The notes beneath the pieces were generated by a model that saw only the letters and a program-made list of their open reading frames with translations, was not told the DNA's origin and made no database searches. From a virus, in UHGV virus genome UHGV-1755679: DNA of 25,490 nucleotides. One strand, 5' to 3'. Shown one piece after another: positions 18,115 to 25,490 of the stretch. The position numbers and the translations under genes are program-made. How positions within the stretch are numbered: position 1 is the first letter of the stretch; every line of letters begins with the position of its first letter.

Positions 18115-19704
18115 TTACTTAATAAGCAGCGGTACGCCCTGGATACGACGGGCTACGCCAGTCGGGCAGCAGGCCCAGACTACTTCCCATTTATCGAATT
18201 CCGCCTGCGTAACTTTCAGCACATACGGTTCTGTACCGTCAGCATCAGGATCACGAGGAGCCACCAGAGCGCCGGAGGCGACAAAGCGATCTAAAAGTTT
18301 GGTCATCCCTTTAGTCAGGCCAGCCGCAGTAATACCGTCCGGGCTATGCTTCATCTGTCGGGCTAACTGGACAAAGAAACGGCTGATTGCATTCATCAGG
18401 GATGGGACGTGCTGGAAGTGCAGATAGTTATCCTGCGTGCAGCAAGTTAAAGCATCGTCGATGATCATCTGGCCAGAGGTGCCAACAGATACTTTATTGA
18501 GACGGCCCTTGACCATTGCTTCTTCGTCCGGGGTATCTTCCGGATACAGCGGTTGAATTGACGCACGAGCAATGACGGCACGTTCTTCACCAGCCGGTGA
18601 GTAATGCCAACCGCCGACATCAGAGTTTTTCTTGACGCCACGAGCTTTCGCCGCATACGCCACGCCAGACAGACCAAAGACCACACGGGATTGGGTCCAT
18701 TTGTCTTTGCAGGAGAACGGGTAGTGATAGACAGCACAGCTTACATAATCGGTACCAAGTAAACCGGTATCTTCAACAGCAGAGATCGCTTCCGTGTACG
18801 TCAATGTCGGTTTGACATCAAAGAAGCCATCAATCAGGCGATCTGCACAGATTTTACCTAATGCGGTGATAGCCGCATTGTCATAGCAGCCCAAGCCAAG
18901 AACAGCGGTGTACATGTACGGCGCATTATTCAGCACTTTAACCGCACGCAGGTACGCAGCGGTTGAGATTTTCGACTGATCGCCGTTGGTACCGCCAGTG
19001 AACGCCAACGATTTTTTGTTTGTTACTTTCGCTGTCGAAATCAGCTCTTCATTAACAACCGCGCGCAGATATTTAGAACGGGCTTCCAGAGCCGTAGGCA
19101 GATAACACAAGCGGCCCATGTCATCTTTCGCTTCTTCCGCCAAAGACACAGTGTGTGTCTCCAGGGTCGTTACCACGCCGAGCGAAGTCGTCTGGGTCAG
19201 TTTTAAGAGGAAGCGTTCATTACCCGCGCTGTCCGCTGTTGCCGTTTCGATGGTTAACTCACGGGTAGGTGAAATACACGGATCACCATCATCAACGTAG
19301 ATAGCAAAGGCTTCGCCACTATCAAGTTCAATTTCAGAACCGTATGGCAACGCACTGTAAGCCGGTTCGCCTGATTCATCGAACATAATAATCGGGAACT
19401 TCGCATCATCCGGAACAGCGCGAACAACATAACCAGACGTTTGCTGAATAGCTTCGTATACATGGCGAATTGGTTCGAACTGTGAGCCGGAAGACGGCTT
19501 CAGCGGTTCGCCGAGAACATCTTCGTAATTGGACTCAGTAACCGCAAGAACAGTAAACGGCTTGCCACGCGCAAATACGCCAATACCAGCCCATAAGCTG
19601 CTATTTAATGCAACACCGGTAGATAACGTCGCATCGGCATTGATCGGGCTAACCGCGACGCCGGATGCATTACCTAATGACTGTTGAATTGAATATTGAG
19701 ACAT
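18115..19704 (-). CDS. Contractile tail sheath protein (529 aa)
   Basis: ATG at 19702-19704 with SD AGGGAAAG; size about 57 kDa and position adjacent to the major head gene match P1 gene 22 (sheath) as I recall it. Confidence 0.65.
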   Translation of the reverse strand: MSQYSIQQSLGNASGVAVSPINADATLSTGVALNSSLWAGIGVFARGKPFTVLAVTESNYEDVLGEPLKPSSGSQFEPIRHVYEAIQQTSGYVVRAVPDDAKFPIIMFDESGEPAYSALPYGSEIELDSGEAFAIYVDDGDPCISPTRELTIETATADSAGNERFLLKLTQTTSLGVVTTLETHTVSLAEEAKDDMGRLCYLPTALEARSKYLRAVVNEELISTAKVTNKKSLAFTGGTNGDQSKISTAAYLRAVKVLNNAPYMYTAVLGLGCYDNAAITALGKICADRLIDGFFDVKPTLTYTEAISAVEDTGLLGTDYVSCAVYHYPFSCKDKWTQSRVVFGLSGVAYAAKARGVKKNSDVGGWHYSPAGEERAVIARASIQPLYPEDTPDEEAMVKGRLNKVSVGTSGQMIIDDALTCCTQDNYLHFQHVPSLMNAISRFFVQLARQMKHSPDGITAAGLTKGMTKLLDRFVASGALVAPRDPDADGTEPYVLKVTQAEFDKWEVVWACCPTGVARRIQGVPLLIK

Positions 19705-19764
19705 AACTTTCCCTGTTATGCGCCCCGCACGGGGGCGCTATGTTAAACGGAGAACTTCCCCTGA

Positions 19765-21471
19765 TTACTCAGAGTCACCGGCATCAATCGTGTCTCCGCT
19801 AATGAAGTTAAGCCCGCCTTTTTTGGCCATTGTCAGCGTTACACGAGTGAAGTAATCAGCGCCGTTGCGTGGGTGCATATCGTTGATAGCCGAACCCCAC
19901 AGCGTGGTACGGTTGACCAGCGCCGGAGTGGTCGGATGCTGGAACGGGATGGCCGGGACAGCATCACCAGTCACGAAGCCTGCTTTACCCGGATTTTCAT
20001 CACGGACGTAGCACAGCACATCCATCGAGCTGAACTGAATGTTCTCTGTCGTTAAGTTCTTACAAATACCAGCAGGTACTTCGTACACTTTCACGTTACC
20101 GAACAGGGTACCGATGTAGTGAACATACGGAGTCTGGATATAGTCTTCGGCTGGCTGGAAGAAATCCTTCGGCAACTGTTTGAAGAAAGATGCTGCATCA
20201 GCACCAGCAAACATCCCCATCGCACCAGAAGATTTAACGCGCTCAATAATGTCGCGATATACAGTCTGGAATTTGCCACGAATGATGGTTGCCCATACAT
20301 CAAAGGACTGGTTAACCGGCAGAGCGATGTCAAAGGTGTCGGTCGCAAGAGTACGCCAGATCATGATGCGAAGACGCAGCATATCCTGTTCATGAGACAG
20401 GTATTCCTTCAGGGTGCGGAACTGTAGGGAACCCAGGTCCAGACCAAATTCACGCTGTGCTTCATACGCCGCCTGTACCGTGTGCTCAGCCGCGATAACG
20501 AACTGGCTTGGGAACAGGGTGTATTTCTTCATTTCGTGGTTGATCAGCGGGATCAGCTCAGGAGCGGCTTCAATATTGATTTCCGTCTCAATTGCGATCT
20601 CAGTGCCTTTATCCGGCGCTTTGGAGAACGACAGGGCAATCTGACCAATGTTGTAGTTCAGAGAGCAGGTAACAGTGATTTGCTCACCAGCAGCATTAGT
20701 AAACGAGTGAAGTAGGCTGCCGGAACCGTTATCAACAACAGACTTAATACGGTTAACGTAGATATTAGTGCGACCTTTTCGGATTGGTACATTCTGGCCT
20801 TCGAAGTCTTCCATCTTGAAGGTTGCGGTTTTGCTGGTGCCATCGGAGCTTGCCACCAGCACATAGCGGCGGCGTAACTGGCTGTACACACCGACGGATT
20901 GCATGTCCAGAACATCACCAGCAGCATAAGAACCAAAAGAGGAACCTGCCACGTTAAAGACTTCATAGATGTCGGACTGGTCACGCGTAACCGGAATGAA
21001 GGTACACGCATCAGCGGTAGCTGCCCCCAACTGAACAGGCAGGATCATCGCGAGGAATAAAGGCAGACGCATAACACCGTCAGAAACGCTCATCATCTCT
21101 GCTGCGACGGATTCCAGCATCGCTTTATTAGTGGCATCCATGCTATTGCGGGTGGACTCAATCAGGCAGTTTTCCAGCGTCTGGTGGCAGGAGGCCAGAA
21201 TTTCCGGACGCGGCATAGATTTATGTGCTGCGGCGTAGTCAGCCAGTGCACTTGCCCACGCTGTAGCGATTTGAGCGGTGGCATTATCAGAGATACCCGC
21301 AAAAACCGGGTCTTTACGTGCAGCTTCAAGGATAGATGCGGCACGCGCGGCATCATCTTTAATGAATTGGTTATCAGTACCGAACTGCGCAGTGCTTGCC
21401 CAGCCAAGCACAGCTTTAGAGCGTTTTGCGATATCTGCAATACGATTCTGGTATTCGCGTAAGTTACTCAA
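19765..21471 (-). CDS. Major head (capsid) protein precursor, gene 23 position
   Basis: Frame is open from 21492 (TTG, no SD) per the ORF track; the TTG at 21469-21471 is preceded by SD AAGGAAGAG with 6-nt spacing and is the likelier start (about 568 aa). Lies immediately before parS as P1 gene 23 does. Start codon uncertain. Confidence 0.6.
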   Translation of the reverse strand: MSNLREYQNRIADIAKRSKAVLGWASTAQFGTDNQFIKDDAARAASILEAARKDPVFAGISDNATAQIATAWASALADYAAAHKSMPRPEILASCHQTLENCLIESTRNSMDATNKAMLESVAAEMMSVSDGVMRLPLFLAMILPVQLGAATADACTFIPVTRDQSDIYEVFNVAGSSFGSYAAGDVLDMQSVGVYSQLRRRYVLVASSDGTSKTATFKMEDFEGQNVPIRKGRTNIYVNRIKSVVDNGSGSLLHSFTNAAGEQITVTCSLNYNIGQIALSFSKAPDKGTEIAIETEINIEAAPELIPLINHEMKKYTLFPSQFVIAAEHTVQAAYEAQREFGLDLGSLQFRTLKEYLSHEQDMLRLRIMIWRTLATDTFDIALPVNQSFDVWATIIRGKFQTVYRDIIERVKSSGAMGMFAGADAASFFKQLPKDFFQPAEDYIQTPYVHYIGTLFGNVKVYEVPAGICKNLTTENIQFSSMDVLCYVRDENPGKAGFVTGDAVPAIPFQHPTTPALVNRTTLWGSAINDMHPRNGADYFTRVTLTMAKKGGLNFISGDTIDAGDSE

Positions 21472-21607
21472 TTTACTCTTCCTTAAACACAAGGCACTTG
21501 TGTGAATCCCTTTTCGGAAGAGATTTTATTGAAAGTCACTTGTTGACTTTCTCGTGACAAGCAATTTTTTTATTTTTTTCGGGAGTAGGGGAGGAAGGTA
21601 AAATCCA

Positions 21608-21693
21608 AGGTGAAATCGTGGCGATTTCACCTTGAAATTTTAGATGGATTTACTTTAAAAACAGTTGGTTAATAGTGAAATTTGAATGGCGAA
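21608..21693. promoter_or_regulatory. parS: parS partition (centromere) site
   Basis: The sequence GGTGAAATCGTGGCGATTTCACC ... TAGTGAAATTTGAATGGCGA contains the heptamer box A (ATTTCAC) and hexamer box B (TCGCCA) motifs in the arrangement of P1 parS, with an AT-rich IHF-type region between the arms; located immediately downstream of parB. Confidence 0.85.
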
Positions 21694-21696
21694 AGT

Positions 21697-22698
21697 TTAA
21701 GGCTTCGGCTTTTTATCGAGGCTCTTTCTAAGGATATGCCCAATCATCCTGTCGAGTTCTTCCTGTAGCTCTTTTGAAAGTCGATTAAACTCATAAGAAA
21801 ATGCACGGCCTTTCACGCGCTTCCTTGCAAAGCGATCCTTGTCCTCAAATTTCCATAATTCAGTAACTACGGACTTATCTTTAGAACCTTTATCCGTGAG
21901 TAGTGAGGCTTCCTTTGTTATCAAGCGCAGGATTTTATTTTTAACTTCATCTTCGGCCATTTCTTCAATGGATAAGATGTCGTTTATTTCCGGGGATATG
22001 TTTTGAATAAGCTGATCAAACTCTAAATTCTTGTTCCCCATTTCGTCGCCAACAGCACAAAGCGTTTTGTAGTCCGAAAAGGTTAATTCCGACTGAACAG
22101 GGAAAAGGGCGACTAATTCTTCCGGAGCACTCGCTGCCTGGAGAGCACGCGTGACCTTCGCCTGAGACAGCCCTTCTTTGGCTGCAATATCCTTCTGACT
22201 CATCCCATCATTTTTCATTCGCATCAAACGCAGACCTATTTCTCGAATGCTGTGCTGCAATGCTGTCTGAACGTCTTTCGCTAAATTTTGCGCTTCCTGA
22301 ACGCTGATCTCCTGGTCCGTGACTAAAACCCGCAACCCTACGTTCTCTAAGATGGCAGAAGCTCGACGCCGGGAACCATCCAAAATTTCAATTTTCCCTG
22401 TAGCCCGTCTAACACCTATTGCAGGGTAAAATTGCTGATGCTTAATAGTGCTTCGGATACTTTTTAATGATTTTGGCGTAAGAGATGCCTGGTCACGCCC
22501 GTTGTTATGCTGATCAACAAAGGTATCGCTTTCTACCTGGTTCGGAGGTATTACCTCTTCAATAAATGTGGCCTGGCGACCAGTTGATAACTTGAATACC
22601 TGCTCGACTCGATCGCCAGAGGCTGAAGAACTATCAAATCCGCTTAATATTGAAGGATTAAGGGTTCGCCCAATTGTTGGTCTGTTTTTCTTTGACAT
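21697..22698 (-). CDS. parB: Partition protein ParB (333 aa), centromere-binding
   Basis: ATG at 22696-22698; the translation (MSKKNRPTIGRTLNPSILSGFDSS ... LDKKPKP) matches P1 ParB as I recall it, with the same length. Confidence 0.95.
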   Translation of the reverse strand: MSKKNRPTIGRTLNPSILSGFDSSSASGDRVEQVFKLSTGRQATFIEEVIPPNQVESDTFVDQHNNGRDQASLTPKSLKSIRSTIKHQQFYPAIGVRRATGKIEILDGSRRRASAILENVGLRVLVTDQEISVQEAQNLAKDVQTALQHSIREIGLRLMRMKNDGMSQKDIAAKEGLSQAKVTRALQAASAPEELVALFPVQSELTFSDYKTLCAVGDEMGNKNLEFDQLIQNISPEINDILSIEEMAEDEVKNKILRLITKEASLLTDKGSKDKSVVTELWKFEDKDRFARKRVKGRAFSYEFNRLSKELQEELDRMIGHILRKSLDKKPKP

Positions 22699-22714
22699 GG
22701 GGGTTTCTTACTCC

Positions 22715-23911
22715 TCAGTTAGATCTGATAAATTCAATACGGTCAAAAACTGCTTTAGCAAAATCTTCCGCGGCAATTCGCGCGTTCTTCAATGCATCAG
22801 CACTACCAACATACGTTGCCGGGTTAGCTGAAATAACAGTGTCAAAAGACTCGCCGCAGCGTTCAAAACCGTCAAGGCGAGGGAGGACGACATCAAGCAT
22901 ATCCCCACCGAACACTTCTTTAGCCAGGCTATGGCAATACTTATGATCTGCCTTGTTACTCAACTTGGACATAAAACCAATGTTAGTCGCAAGCTGGCAC
23001 TCGCAGCCTTCATCCGAAATGAGTTTTACCAACTCAGGAAGGCGGGCAACGTATTTAAGCGATGAGTGGAAATCGACAGTTGCTGGCGGCAGAGGTGTAA
23101 ACAGTATATTGGCCGAGGCCAAAGCATTTTTCAGGAAGGCGTCAAGGTGAGGACCACTATCAACGAGGATAAAGTCATAATCGCTCTTCAGCTTATCAAT
23201 CACATTTTCTTTCAGGACAGCATGGATGTTCTGACCCGGTAGATGCTCATTGCACAGCTCTCTCCAATCGGATGCAATAAAGGCATCGTCAATCGACGCA
23301 GGCATAACGTCAACCCCAGGTACAACAGAAGGAACAATAAACTCCTCTAACAGCTCTTCACGGCTTACATTCTGCAACATAGCCTGTGCAGATGTTGCGT
23401 TTACGATACCAATAGAGTGTTTATGGCTTAAAAACATCGTTGCTGAAGATTGCGGATCAAGGTCAATAACCAGAATCCTTAAATCTTCCATCAGAAGATG
23501 AGGGTGGGCACGCATTGCATGCGCCAGAGAAACCGTCGATACAGTTTTTGACACACCGCCTTTAAGATTGGAGATGAAAATCACATACGCTTCGCTGTAG
23601 CGATCCCGGTATTTTGGCACTCCGCGATGTTCATATATGTCAATGATGTTCTGAATTGACATCGCATATTTCATTGAAGAGCCAGCAGGGCGTTTATCGA
23701 AAACATAACCCTTTTCTTCCATTTCACTTACGGCATAGTCAACGTTCGCTCGAGTCAGTAGAGGCAATTTTGCCAGTGCCGCTTTCGCATAGACCTGGTA
23801 AAACTCGTTCGCGTGTAGCTCATCCTTTTGCAACTGTACTTGTTCAGTCAGAACATTGAGCATTCTGTTTGCTCTTTGAGCAACCTTGTGAAGCTGGCTG
23901 GAATCACTCAT
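22715..23911 (-). CDS. parA: Partition ATPase ParA (398 aa), Walker-type deviant ATPase
   Basis: ATG at 23909-23911; the translation (MSDSSQLHKVAQRANRMLNVL ... with Walker A KGGVSKT) matches P1 ParA as I recall it. Confidence 0.95.
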   Translation of the reverse strand: MSDSSQLHKVAQRANRMLNVLTEQVQLQKDELHANEFYQVYAKAALAKLPLLTRANVDYAVSEMEEKGYVFDKRPAGSSMKYAMSIQNIIDIYEHRGVPKYRDRYSEAYVIFISNLKGGVSKTVSTVSLAHAMRAHPHLLMEDLRILVIDLDPQSSATMFLSHKHSIGIVNATSAQAMLQNVSREELLEEFIVPSVVPGVDVMPASIDDAFIASDWRELCNEHLPGQNIHAVLKENVIDKLKSDYDFILVDSGPHLDAFLKNALASANILFTPLPPATVDFHSSLKYVARLPELVKLISDEGCECQLATNIGFMSKLSNKADHKYCHSLAKEVFGGDMLDVVLPRLDGFERCGESFDTVISANPATYVGSADALKNARIAAEDFAKAVFDRIEFIRSN

Positions 23912-24040
23912 CGAAAGTCATCCTTTATGCTGTATTTTTGAATTTAATTAAAAATGCTGCATAAAATAATAATGTATGCGTAGATGCTTGTACATAGCAT
24001 TCTCTGCATGTTTGGTTCATTTTGCACGATTGAGAGTTAC
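23912..24040 (-). promoter_or_regulatory. par operon promoter/operator region (AT-rich, with imperfect inverted repeats)
   Basis: AT-rich 130-bp stretch directly upstream of parA containing repeated TGCTGCAT / ATGCAGCA-type elements; assignment by position. Confidence 0.35.
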
Positions 24041-24051
24041 AAGAAAGGCAC

Positions 24052-24072
24052 AAAAAAGCCCCGTTCAGGGGC
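24052..24072 (-). terminator. Intrinsic terminator of the T5orf172-domain gene
   Basis: Stem GCCCC / GGGGC (5-nt loop) followed on the minus strand by TTTTTT, starting 8 nt after the ORF stop codon. Confidence 0.6.
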
Positions 24073-24079
24073 ATCAGTG

Positions 24080-24889
24080 TTATTTGCTAAGAGCAGCGAA
24101 TAATCGTTCGAAATCGATAGTATCTATAGCACGCGTAAGCGCCGGAAGTTCAGCCTCAAAGTACCCGTGTCGATCGTAAAAGAAGGGACCGAAGAGCGAG
24201 GCATGTTGGATTCTACTTCGCCCCAGCCCGGACACACAGTTAAGCCCATTACCGGCTAAAAGGCTAAAAAACTTCTCTGGATTATCGTGGTAAAGCTGGG
24301 AATCAATGGTGGCGGTTAACTCTTCCATAGGGAAGCACACCCGCCCTGTATCCCAGGGATATTTAGTCCGAAGCATAAACATTGCTTTCAGCAATTCACA
24401 TTGAGCGCGGATCGCGTCCGGTTCATAGCCAGATATGGAGACATAAGCCACGTCCCTCATTCCTGCGTCATCTTTGAAAGTCACGATAGAAGTAACATCC
24501 AGCTCTTTTTCGAAAGAGCAAGCAGCATCTACTGGACGCTGAAGTAAATCATTCGACTTAATGCGCTCGAGAATCCCTCCCCACATATCATTTAGATATT
24601 CGATATGAGCCAAAACCTTATCAAGACACTCTCGTGTAAACCATTCAGTATGCCCGCCACCGACGCTTTTCTCCCACGGCGCATTCCAGGGGAAAAAGGT
24701 TGCGTGTAAAGCCCGCTCAAGATTAACCATTGCCAAACGTGTACCACGATAGACCCGTGAAAGCGCAAAATCGGGACTCACTTGTAGCCCTTTAAACCGT
24801 GCCAATGGACCACATGAAATGCCGATTTTAAAAGTATCTCCGTTCTCTGGCACCAGAACGTAGAGGTAGTGTTGTTTCTCTTCTTGCAT
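24080..24889 (-). CDS. Protein (269 aa) with N-terminal T5orf172/MUG113 (GIY-YIG-like) domain; function unknown
   Basis: ATG at 24887-24889; the N-terminal about 90 aa show the domain signature YLYVLVPENGDTFKIGIS ... LERALHATF ... GGGHTEWF; the C-terminal about 150 aa carry no motif I recognise. Own terminator downstream; sits between the iteron array and the par promoter. Confidence 0.6.
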   Translation of the reverse strand: MQEEKQHYLYVLVPENGDTFKIGISCGPLARFKGLQVSPDFALSRVYRGTRLAMVNLERALHATFFPWNAPWEKSVGGGHTEWFTRECLDKVLAHIEYLNDMWGGILERIKSNDLLQRPVDAACSFEKELDVTSIVTFKDDAGMRDVAYVSISGYEPDAIRAQCELLKAMFMLRTKYPWDTGRVCFPMEELTATIDSQLYHDNPEKFFSLLAGNGLNCVSGLGRSRIQHASLFGPFFYDRHGYFEAELPALTRAIDTIDFERLFAALSK

Positions 24890-24920
24890 ATCAATACCAC
24901 TGCTTGATGAGAACCGCGCA

Positions 24921-25180
24921 AATGTTGACTATGCGCGAAGGTTAATGTGAATAGTTGACTATGCGCGATGTGACTACAGTCAAAAGTTGACTGTAGTCGA
25001 TTTAACTCCACCAAAGATCGACTATGTAAGATATTGTCGGGAGAAACGTTGACTATACGCGATGAAATGACCCTAAAAGCCATCTCAATAGCGACTTGCA
25101 GAATATTGACGCCAGCAAAAATCCACCAGCGTCAACGAATGTCGCCTATAGTCAACTTCTCGCTATCGCATATAGTCAAT
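24921..25180. repeat. Iteron array: at least 5 direct 15-bp repeats (consensus GTTGACTATGCGCGA) phased at about 31 bp, plus 2-3 inverted copies
   Basis: Direct copies at 24923-24937, 24954-24968, 24986-25000, 25018-25032 (diverged) and 25048-25062; inverted copies at about 24971-24984, 25143-25157 and 25166-25180. Located just downstream of the Rep-like ORF, like incA/incC control iterons. Confidence 0.75.
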
Positions 25181-25181
25181 A

Positions 25182-25417
25182 TTATGGATTGCGCTTATGG
25201 ATCTGGAAGCCGATTTTTCTGCCGTTTTTTATCTCTGAAAATTTAAGATATTCAATAGCTTCCAAATCTTTCATGGCTTTTCTGATAACGCTATTTTGCA
25301 CGCTAACGGATGATTTGAGATTAAGCCTTGCTCTAAGGCGCTCAATGCTGACAGGTGCCGGGTTGGCGGGTAGAGCCTCAAAGAATGTATACAGCACCTT
25401 GGCCGTCTCTTTGCGCC
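25182..25417 (-). CDS. Rep_3-family (iteron-binding) replication initiator, C-terminal fragment; 5' end truncated by the contig/adapter boundary
   Basis: The reading frame is open from the adapter junction to the stop at 25182; the C-terminal motif ...SIERLRARLNL ... IRKAMKDLEAIEYLKFSEIKNGRKIGFQIH resembles the conserved C-terminal winged-helix region of Rep_3 initiators (kkGrkI..F.I pattern); followed by the iteron array. Confidence 0.5.
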
Positions 25418-25490
25418 CTGTCTCTTATACACATCTCCGAGCCCACGAGACGGACTCCTATCTCGTATGCCGTCTTCTGCTTGAAAAAAA
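25418..25490. other. Illumina Nextera adapter (reverse complement of the same P7/index/mosaic-end adapter) followed by a poly-A run; not biological sequence
   Basis: CTGTCTCTTATACACATCTCCGAGCCCACGAGAC + GGACTCCT + ATCTCGTATGCCGTCTTCTGCTTG, then AAAAAAA. Confidence 0.95.

Noticed and set aside
19873-21505. Various 60-117 aa ORFs on both strands inside the major head gene
   Set aside because: Embedded in the capsid frame; no RBS; treated as chance ORFs.
21699-21716. AAGGCTTCGGCTTTTT as a terminator after parB
   Set aside because: The arms are not complementary (GGC...GGC), so no stable stem forms; parS follows immediately instead.
24080-24889. Possibility that the 269-aa ORF is the plasmid RepA
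   Set aside because: Its recognisable motif is T5orf172/GIY-YIG-like and not an initiator fold, while the adjacent truncated ORF (25182-25417) carries the Rep_3-type C-terminal motif; a replication accessory role cannot be excluded.
24921-25180. Possibility that the direct-repeat array is a CRISPR array
   Set aside because: Repeats are only about 15 bp with about 16-bp intervening sequence, include inverted copies, and there are no cas genes; the geometry fits plasmid iterons, not CRISPR.
24778-25246. ORFs 24778-25083 (-) and 25034-25246 (+) crossing the iteron region
   Set aside because: They span the direct-repeat array and overlap the T5orf172 gene start or the Rep-like gene end; the repeats are better explained as protein-binding iterons than as coding sequence.

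Overview
The window is a roughly 25.3 kb contig (genomic sequence 67-25417) from a P1-family phage-plasmid, bounded at both ends by Illumina Nextera adapter sequence, so both contig ends are library artefacts. Read left to right it follows the P1 gene order as I recall it: tail fibre S (truncated) and R, baseplate genes 16/bplA/pmgA, sit (1130 aa, lytic transglycosylase motif), pmgB, tub, pmgC, the sim operon, the immI region (C1 operator, c4 RNA region, icd, ant), a second C1 operator with kilA-repL, then a late block ending in tail sheath and major head genes, followed by parS, parB and parA. Three things depart from the P1 layout as I remember it and are the main leads: (1) an 810 bp gene for a T5orf172/GIY-YIG-like domain protein, with its own terminator, sitting between an iteron array and the parA promoter; (2) the iteron array itself (15-bp repeats at about 31-bp phasing) next to a 5'-truncated Rep_3-like initiator, with repeats that do not match the P1 iteron as I recall it; (3) a hok/mok type I toxin module between repL and the late genes. 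P1 gene names are assigned from gene order and recognisable motifs, not from a database search; names for the less distinctive structural ORFs are tentative. No tRNA, rRNA, CRISPR array, integrase or IS element was recognised.
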